This document shows, piece after piece, positions 57,845-64,000 of a stretch of 64,000 nucleotides of DNA. This DNA comes from a virus (Duplodnaviria; Caudoviricetes), in IMG/VR virus record IMGVR_UViG_3300009095_000010, positions 60,338-124,337 of that record. One strand, written 5' to 3'. The translations under genes were made by a program, and so were the position numbers. Under the pieces are notes generated by a model, which worked only from the letters and a program-made list of their open reading frames with translations, was not told where the DNA came from and made no database searches. The first letter of the stretch is position 1. The number at the start of each line of letters is the position of its first letter.

Positions 57845-58398
57845 AGGGTGTTTGCCGAAGTTGGTTCTTTTTTTTGTTTTGAAGCTTTGATAATCTTTTC
57901 GATTTCTCTCAATATGCTCCGCTGAGATCCTGTGAGTCTTCGTTTCTTTTTCAGACCACTGATAATGATTGATGTATCAGTTATATACTTCTCACCAGCA
58001 TCATCAAGGATATTGCAATACCTATCACATAGCTTGAGGAACAAGCCGTAGTTGGAAAGCCCAGGCCACTTGGCTTTTTGGTATTCGAGCTTGCCAACTC
58101 TTGCGATTTCTTCTTTGTCATCCGACAACTCGAACACCAACGAGGAAATCAATTTCCCAAATTCCTTTGCGATTTCTTCAGGAGATGCATTTGTATCTTC
58201 AATAACATCATGAAGTATAGCGGCTGCGATGAGTTTGTAAAGATTTTTTGACTTCTTGAAGTTTGCAGCAACATAACTAACCATCAAAGGATGATGTATA
58301 TACGGAGATCCTGAAAGTTTTCGTACCTGTCCTTGATGTTTGTCTTCAGCAAACTTGATTGCTTTTCGAATTACTTTTGAGCCGTCATCAATTTTCAT
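57841..58398 (-). CDS. HD-domain (p)ppGpp hydrolase-like protein (small alarmone hydrolase/Mesh1)
   Basis: H.GQ.RK.SG.PYI.HP, AAILHDVIEDT, KL.DR..N. Confidence 0.9.
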   Translation of the reverse strand: MKIDDGSKVIRKAIKFAEDKHQGQVRKLSGSPYIHHPLMVSYVAANFKKSKNLYKLIAAAILHDVIEDTNASPEEIAKEFGKLISSLVFELSDDKEEIARVGKLEYQKAKWPGLSNYGLFLKLCDRYCNILDDAGEKYITDTSIIISGLKKKRRLTGSQRSILREIEKIIKASKQKKEPTSANTL

Positions 58399-58420
58399 TT
58401 AATTTTCCGTTAGTCAAATG

Positions 58421-58449
58421 CAAAGGCCGCCTTGGAGTGGCGGCCTTTG
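58421..58449. terminator. Terminator-like hairpin
   Basis: CAAAGGCCGCC-7 nt-GGCGGCCTTTG. Confidence 0.7.
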
Positions 58450-58455
58450 GGATTT

Positions 58456-58953
58456 TCAGAGTGTGTCTTCCATTCGCGGAGGCCAGCCACCTCGACGCAG
58501 AGGTTGTTCGAACCCTGGACGTTTGAATTTCTTTTTGTGATTGAGTCTTGTGATCTGGAGTTCTTCTTGCCCAGGGCGTGATACAAATATTGTGAAGAAA
58601 ATACCTTTTCTCAAATCGATTTCGACGAACCCAACTGCTTCGCCAACATAATATATTTTGTCATTCTGATCTTTCATTGAATGAAGATTAATTGAAAATC
58701 TCCCATTATTGAAACTTGCACCGGACGTTTCCCTATTTCCTCGCAGTCTTGTCGGATCTAGAGGAGCAATTTGTAGTTCTTCTACTCCTTGCTCTGACAA
58801 GAATACCATGAATGAAACTCCTCCATCGAATTCCAACGTACCAGGAAATTGGAGCTTGCCGATATAATAAGGCTGACCGTTTGAATCTTTTTCGATTCTT
58901 GCAAGCTCAACCTTAGTCTTCGCTTCAGGATCGATATCGATATATTGTTTCAT
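58456..58953 (-). CDS. Hypothetical protein made of two tandem beta-rich repeats
   Basis: KD.N...YY.G...F..F.S..G.EELQI twice. Confidence 0.75.
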   Translation of the reverse strand: MKQYIDIDPEAKTKVELARIEKDSNGQPYYIGKLQFPGTLEFDGGVSFMVFLSEQGVEELQIAPLDPTRLRGNRETSGASFNNGRFSINLHSMKDQNDKIYYVGEAVGFVEIDLRKGIFFTIFVSRPGQEELQITRLNHKKKFKRPGFEQPLRRGGWPPRMEDTL

Positions 58954-59014
58954 AATCCTACGTACCTTTGTTTTTCATTGTTACCGTCTTTACTGCTGCA
59001 CCATAAATGGTGAA

Positions 59015-59347
59015 TCATCTTTTCTTAAGTGAAGATATTAATTTGGATAGTTCACTACTTGGCATACACCCAATGTATTTTCCGTATGAGCAGCTGACAA
59101 TTACGCGCTCGATTGGCTCAGTTTTTCTGATACCACCATTCCTTCCTACCTTTACCTCGTATCCACAGATTTTCCCTTCGCGAATGAGGTCCGATAAAAT
59201 CTTCTTGAACCTGTATTCTTCTAAACCAGATCTAGCACGATTCTCAAAGATTTCAAATATCTCAGATCTTGATATCGTTTCTGCTTCACTGCATTTTTCC
59301 TGAAGAACAAGTTTGAGCAGCTCAATATTGTCATCTGACAGTGTCAT
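59015..59347 (-). CDS. Hypothetical protein (winged-helix-like)
   Basis: 110-aa ORF, GYEVKVGRNGGI. Confidence 0.6.
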   Translation of the reverse strand: MTLSDDNIELLKLVLQEKCSEAETISRSEIFEIFENRARSGLEEYRFKKILSDLIREGKICGYEVKVGRNGGIRKTEPIERVIVSCSYGKYIGCMPSSELSKLISSLKKR

Positions 59348-60144
59348 TCTAAATCACGTTCGGGTCTAAAGATGTCTGACCCAGTTGCAAGTATAGTACG
59401 TAATCTTTCTTGAGAATCCTCAAATAGAGGAAAATCAAAATCAAGCAACCACTTATGCCTTGTTATTTGACCCTGACTTGTATCTACAAGCTTTGGAGTT
59501 AGATATGTTATTGTTCCATTGCGGAACGCACCAGGTAAGGATTCAAAATCAAAACCTGACTCTGCGAGAATAAGTTTTCTATCTTCAAGATTTTTATCTT
59601 CAAGAATAGAGTTTGTATCTTTACCATATCTAGGATAAAGAACTGATTTCACAGCTTCATTGATTGATTGTTGATTGCATCTGAATTGTCTATATACTAA
59701 ATAGTTAACAGCTTCTTTTATGCTTGGAACACCAAATACATGAACCTTGAAAGATATCAAACCCTCTAAAGATGGCGGGTCTTCTAGGTCCCAGAGCTGG
59801 TTTAGAAACTCATATGTTGCCATAGAAGATGTCGCAGAGCAAATGCTTTGAACATCATTTCCAAACCATGGAGCTTCGTCAGCCGATCTATCATTACGTA
59901 AGATCAGGATAATCTTGTCACTGTATTGATAGCCACAGATTGCGCCATCAATCTGTTTGACGAGATTGATCATAGTACTATTCAGCATGGAAGCTGTCTT
60001 GGGGCAGAATGGTTTTTGAATGTGCTTTGTAGTTTTTGAAAATGAACGACCATCAATTTTGATGATAACAGGAATCTTTGGTATTATATTTTGTGAATAT
60101 GAATTTTCATATAGTAACTGTCGCTGTTGTAATGTTTGAGCCAT
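59344..60144 (-). CDS. Thg1-like protein (tRNA-His guanylyltransferase family), degenerate motifs
   Basis: IIKIDGRSFS, YQYSDK, WFG, NYLVYRQ. Confidence 0.85.
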   Translation of the reverse strand: MAQTLQQRQLLYENSYSQNIIPKIPVIIKIDGRSFSKTTKHIQKPFCPKTASMLNSTMINLVKQIDGAICGYQYSDKIILILRNDRSADEAPWFGNDVQSICSATSSMATYEFLNQLWDLEDPPSLEGLISFKVHVFGVPSIKEAVNYLVYRQFRCNQQSINEAVKSVLYPRYGKDTNSILEDKNLEDRKLILAESGFDFESLPGAFRNGTITYLTPKLVDTSQGQITRHKWLLDFDFPLFEDSQERLRTILATGSDIFRPERDLE

Positions 60145-60186
60145 GTCGCAGTATTCGTATGGCCACGCCCGTTATTTTGGGGAAGC

Positions 60187-60405
60187 CTATTTACGTAAGT
60201 GATATACCTCTACTTCACGAGGTTTGTTGTGCTGTACGTTCGTATTGTAGTATTTATAAGGCCACGCCCCTATTGTAGGGAAAGAATCAGATGATAGACC
60301 ACATGAAGGGCACTCTGTGCAAAGTACCGCTCCATTCGCACCACGTAACACGAGGTCACTATCACAGATACTACAAGTTAATAAACTGGGTGTAAAATTG
60401 AACAT
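60187..60405 (-). CDS. Small zinc-ribbon protein
   Basis: CSIC...CPSC. Confidence 0.55.
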   Translation of the reverse strand: MFNFTPSLLTCSICDSDLVLRGANGAVLCTECPSCGLSSDSFPTIGAWPYKYYNTNVQHNKPREVEVYHLRK

Positions 60406-60453
60406 CGTTATAGGTGCGTCGTAATATTTACAAGGCTACGTCCTGTCTATGAA

Positions 60454-60482
60454 ACCTTAGCTCTATTATAACAATTTGTCAA
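60454..60482 (-). promoter_or_regulatory. Sigma70-type promoter
   Basis: TTGACA-17 bp-TAAGGT. Confidence 0.6.
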
Positions 60483-60538
60483 GTTTTTTATCCTACCCGC
60501 ACCTACATAGGGTTATTGCTGATAATATGTACAGTACA

Positions 60539-61744
60539 TCAAAAACGCCCTAGGCTGATGTCTAGATTATTTTCTTGAGCCCACTGAGATATTATCTTGA
60601 ATTCTTCATTAGTGGTAACTCGATTGAATCTTCCACGAGCTTGAACAATCTTCTTGTATTGATTCTTCACTTCGATAGTAATGACTCGCTCTTTATTGCA
60701 TGTCATTGACCAAATCGAAATAGATCCATTGGCGATGGACTTACCGTAAGATGCGACACAATGTGAATGTGCTCGTCCTTCCATATGAAGTTCTTTAGAG
60801 GTAAGGATCTCTTTGATGGTCCATTCTCTATAAATATGTCCGGTTTTGTTTTTTATTTTATCTTGCCAGTATCCGCTCTTGAACCCAGATGGTGTATAGT
60901 TATGTTCTTTGAATATTTTTTCTTTATAAAGGTCTTGGTGCCATTCCTCCATCGCCCGAATCATCGCCATCGGCGAGCGCCCCTTCATTGAGAATTTTTT
61001 ATCAGCTTGATAGCGATTGTTGATAAAATCAATCAACGGTTTAATCTGTGAAGGATCAAGCATGGGATGCTTGCAGAACCAAGCAATAACAGACTCCCAA
61101 AAAATCTCATCCTTTGTTTCTCCGATAAGATGACCAATAGACTGATTCATCCAGATGGAGTGAAGTCTTTGTTCACCACCATGAGTTTGAATTTGAACAC
61201 GCCGCAAAGCAGATACGAAACCTTCAGATGCGGGACTCTGGAGTAGTTCATGACATTGCTTTTTTGTAAGTGGAATCGGAAAGTAACCGTCTTTACAAAG
61301 CTTTGCGAAAGATTTTCCCCTGGCAATTTCAGATATAACCAAAGAAATCTTTGGCCAATCATCTTCCCATAAAGAATTCCATAAAAACTTTGGAACAGGA
61401 TATTCGGCCAGCAGATGCGAAGCTAGTGAAGCAATCAGTGTTTGCTTGCCCTTACCTTTTGGTTTCCATTCACTCACCGGGCGAACCCGATTCATGTTAC
61501 TAATAATCTTTACAATTTTTTTATAGTTATAATCCTCAAGAAGACGAGGGGCCTTTCTCGCAACAACTTGCATGAAAGGACTTTGGGGAAGCGTCTTCTT
61601 TTTGAGATTATTATTTTCAATAGACTTTACGAAATTAATATCTTCTCGAATAGCGAAGTCCTTATTTCTTTCAGAGGCTTCACGTCTATGCTTCTTTAGT
61701 TTTTCGGCGGACTCTCGGACCGCTTCTCTCTTTGAACGTTTCAT
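60539..61744 (-). CDS. PcfJ-like domain protein
   Basis: MKGRS...WH, L..EGRAHSHCVASY, SIWSM, TIEV...IVQARGRFN. Confidence 0.9.
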   Translation of the reverse strand: MKRSKREAVRESAEKLKKHRREASERNKDFAIREDINFVKSIENNNLKKKTLPQSPFMQVVARKAPRLLEDYNYKKIVKIISNMNRVRPVSEWKPKGKGKQTLIASLASHLLAEYPVPKFLWNSLWEDDWPKISLVISEIARGKSFAKLCKDGYFPIPLTKKQCHELLQSPASEGFVSALRRVQIQTHGGEQRLHSIWMNQSIGHLIGETKDEIFWESVIAWFCKHPMLDPSQIKPLIDFINNRYQADKKFSMKGRSPMAMIRAMEEWHQDLYKEKIFKEHNYTPSGFKSGYWQDKIKNKTGHIYREWTIKEILTSKELHMEGRAHSHCVASYGKSIANGSISIWSMTCNKERVITIEVKNQYKKIVQARGRFNRVTTNEEFKIISQWAQENNLDISLGRF

Positions 61745-61780
61745 GGTTCTCCGAGGAGCGGTCTGTATATTGTTCCGCTC

Positions 61781-63715
61781 CTAAATCATATCAAGAAATT
61801 GTTGTTCTGATATTAGTTTTGTACCATTCTTTCTAGCCGCTTGTGCTTTGGAAGATGTACTACTTGGGTCTGCAATAACAAGATATGTAACATCTTTACC
61901 AACAGACTTCTTTACTTCACCGCCAGCTTCCTCGACCATCTTCTGGAGAGTGGCTCTTGGTGTGTCCATTGATCCAGTGAAACAAAATGATTTGTTGGTA
62001 AGTGAACCACGAACCTTTGCCTTAATTGTAACCCCGGCAGATTGAATAGCTTTGATTCTATCTTTGTTCTCAATCAATCCAGAGTAAAATGCTTGAGCTT
62101 TCTTTTCTGCAAAGCCTGGAATTTTTTCTAGCTGATTGATTGATAGACCAAGGATTGAATCCAGTGTGTCATACCCAGCGTCAATGACACTCTTGACAGT
62201 TGATGTGGCAACAGAGTCAATACACAAACCACCAAGGAAATTTTCAAGACGAATAGATCTGAACTTATCAAGTTCTGTCAGAAGATTGGCAGCTCCCTTC
62301 TCACCCATCCTGTCTAGTGATATGATGTCAGAAGCCTTCAGTTTGTATATATCTGCAACGTCTTTGACTAAACCAGCATCAATAAGCTTGGTTAGGATTG
62401 ATTCTCCCCATTCGAGGATTCCAAGTTCCTTGACCCATTTATTGAGCCGTCCAATGACCTGCGGCGGGCATGTCTTCTTGTCTAGGCATACGAGATACTC
62501 TCCAACGAAATGTGTCTTTGTTCCACATGCTGGACATTTATCTGGAGCGGAAAAATACCCATCGTATTCTTTGGTAACTTCTTTAATTTGTGGGATGACA
62601 TCATTTGCTCTTTCAACAATTACTTCAGCACCAATATTAATTCTAAGTTCTTTTACCAAAGAATAATTATGTATTGATGCTCTTTCAACATTTGCTCCAA
62701 GCAAATTGACTTTATCAAACTCTGCAACAGGAGTGATTCGTCCAGTATCACCAACTTGATTTATAATATTTCTAATAATGGTTCTAGCTTGCGGTGATTC
62801 GAACTTAAAGGCTCTGGCCCCCTTGGGTCGATTGCCACCCTCATCTCCAAGAGCAAGCTGAGTACTACGAGTATTGATTCGAATAACCAAACCATCAATG
62901 TCATAATCAAGTGTATCACGAACATTAGCCATGTAATGTTCCCATTGCTTTATTGCGTACTTGATGTTTCCTACCGAGTAATTCGGGATCGTGAATCCCA
63001 ATGACTTCATGAACTCAAAAGCTTCAACCTCGGTATCAAAATCTTCACCATCAACAGTGTAGGAAATGATTGTAAGATGCTCTGTCTGATGCCCATCAAT
63101 ACGCTTAGCGATACCGCTCGCACCGTTGCGCGGATTCGCCATGTCTGAAAGATGCTTCTTCCAATCCGAACGAAGCAAAACGATCTCGCCTCGAATGTGT
63201 CCCGTGAACTTAGTATCGAGCTTGTGAGGAACACCTTTCATCTTACGGACGTTTCGAGTGATATCCTCACCTTCATCTCCGTCCCCTCTAGTCGCGCCCA
63301 TTACGAGAATGCCAGCATCGTATTTGAGAGAAACCGAAATGCCATCCAGTTTCTCGGTAATAAACAAATGAGAAGATTCTCCACATCTGGAGTGCCAATC
63401 ATGCAGCTCCTCTGGAAGGTTGACCTTATTAAGAGATCCCATTGGAACCTCATGAGTTACCTTAGGCCACTTACCATCTTTTGGTGGAGGTGCGCCAACG
63501 CGCGTCAGCGCATCCTTGACGCGAATGATAAGCTTCTCATCCGCTTTTGATCCTGCCTTTGGAAGAAAGGCTTTACTGAGCGAGCGAAGCTGGTCTTTCT
63601 TCCCATCGTATTCCTGATCTGAGATCAGTTGTTTGCTTTCATTGTAGTACGCATCATCGTACTGATCCATTTCATCAAGGAGTTTCTTCAACTCTTTTTT
63701 ATCAATATTCATCAT
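61781..63715 (-). CDS. ligA: NAD-dependent DNA ligase
   Basis: AYY, EKLDG, TRGDG..GEDIT, NPRN, DGLVI, GRITP, C4 Zn, HhH, BRCT. Confidence 0.97.
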   Translation of the reverse strand: MMNIDKKELKKLLDEMDQYDDAYYNESKQLISDQEYDGKKDQLRSLSKAFLPKAGSKADEKLIIRVKDALTRVGAPPPKDGKWPKVTHEVPMGSLNKVNLPEELHDWHSRCGESSHLFITEKLDGISVSLKYDAGILVMGATRGDGDEGEDITRNVRKMKGVPHKLDTKFTGHIRGEIVLLRSDWKKHLSDMANPRNGASGIAKRIDGHQTEHLTIISYTVDGEDFDTEVEAFEFMKSLGFTIPNYSVGNIKYAIKQWEHYMANVRDTLDYDIDGLVIRINTRSTQLALGDEGGNRPKGARAFKFESPQARTIIRNIINQVGDTGRITPVAEFDKVNLLGANVERASIHNYSLVKELRINIGAEVIVERANDVIPQIKEVTKEYDGYFSAPDKCPACGTKTHFVGEYLVCLDKKTCPPQVIGRLNKWVKELGILEWGESILTKLIDAGLVKDVADIYKLKASDIISLDRMGEKGAANLLTELDKFRSIRLENFLGGLCIDSVATSTVKSVIDAGYDTLDSILGLSINQLEKIPGFAEKKAQAFYSGLIENKDRIKAIQSAGVTIKAKVRGSLTNKSFCFTGSMDTPRATLQKMVEEAGGEVKKSVGKDVTYLVIADPSSTSSKAQAARKNGTKLISEQQFLDMI

Positions 63716-64000
63716 AAAGATTTACAAGTTTCATCAATTTTAATTCCAATAAATTCCAAATCGGTACAAATATTTTCAATTGGAACACTTATACTAAAAA
63801 TATCTCTAAAGAATTTATTAGTTAGTGAAACATATTTCCAATCAACTTTATCTTTGAATTCCCTAATAAAGTCTTCTGAAAGTGTTTGATAACATGAAAT
63901 CTCATACCAATTAACTTTATCTTTGAATTCCCTAATAAAGTCTTCTGAAAGTGTTTGATAACATGAAATCTCATACCAATTAACTTTATCTTTGAATTCC
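63712..64000 (-). CDS. Partial tryptophan-repeat protein (WYEISCYQTLSEDFIREFKDKVN)n
   Basis: Open frame from the right edge ending in TGA overlapping the ligA ATG. Confidence 0.8.
   Translation of the reverse strand, partial: EFKDKVNWYEISCYQTLSEDFIREFKDKVNWYEISCYQTLSEDFIREFKDKVDWKYVSLTNKFFRDIFSISVPIENICTDLEFIGIKIDETCKSL
63844..64000. repeat. Perfect 69-bp tandem repeat (at least 2.3 copies)
   Basis: Units start at 63844, 63913 and 63982 and are identical in nucleotide sequence. Confidence 0.95.

Noticed and set aside
61755-61781. Riboswitch upstream of pcfJ
   Set aside because: Only a 7-bp hairpin; no recognisable aptamer
343-63889. Most + strand track ORFs (e.g. 45778-46272, 49328-49783, 52340-52819, 62136-62666)
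   Set aside because: Antisense shadows of well-supported minus-strand genes
63844-64000. CRISPR array
   Set aside because: Contiguous in-frame 69-bp units without spacers
1-64000. Stop-codon reassignment
   Set aside because: Long conserved genes are intact in the standard code and TAA, TAG and TGA all end genes

Overview
A 64-kb segment of a large (jumbo/huge-type) dsDNA phage. It is densely coding, uses the standard genetic code and runs almost entirely on the minus strand. No rRNA, canonical tRNA or CRISPR array was recognised. Replication, repair and nucleotide genes: dNMP kinase, SbcCD, a primase Zn finger, dUTPase, dCMP deaminase, TopA, a Dda/RecD-like helicase and NAD-dependent ligase. 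Translation/transcription take-over genes: IF3, peptide deformylase, bS21, a PheS N-terminal tRNA-binding domain, DksA/TraR, a ppGpp-hydrolase-like HD protein, two HU/IHF proteins, ClpP, Hsp20 and a probable divergent sigma factor. RNA-repair/anti-defence genes: RtcB, a degenerate Thg1, an RlaP-like nucleotidyltransferase, NADAR and PcfJ. Mobile DNA includes an intein-interrupted methyltransferase beside a putative restriction endonuclease, many homing endonucleases and a deleted TnpB. The best candidate for an undescribed system is a tightly coupled NRDE/TANGO2 - CoaB - CoaC cassette (53676-55822), which may be a phage coenzyme A repair/reconstitution module. Several single-base frameshifts may be sequencing errors. 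All calls come from motif recognition by eye; no database searches were run.
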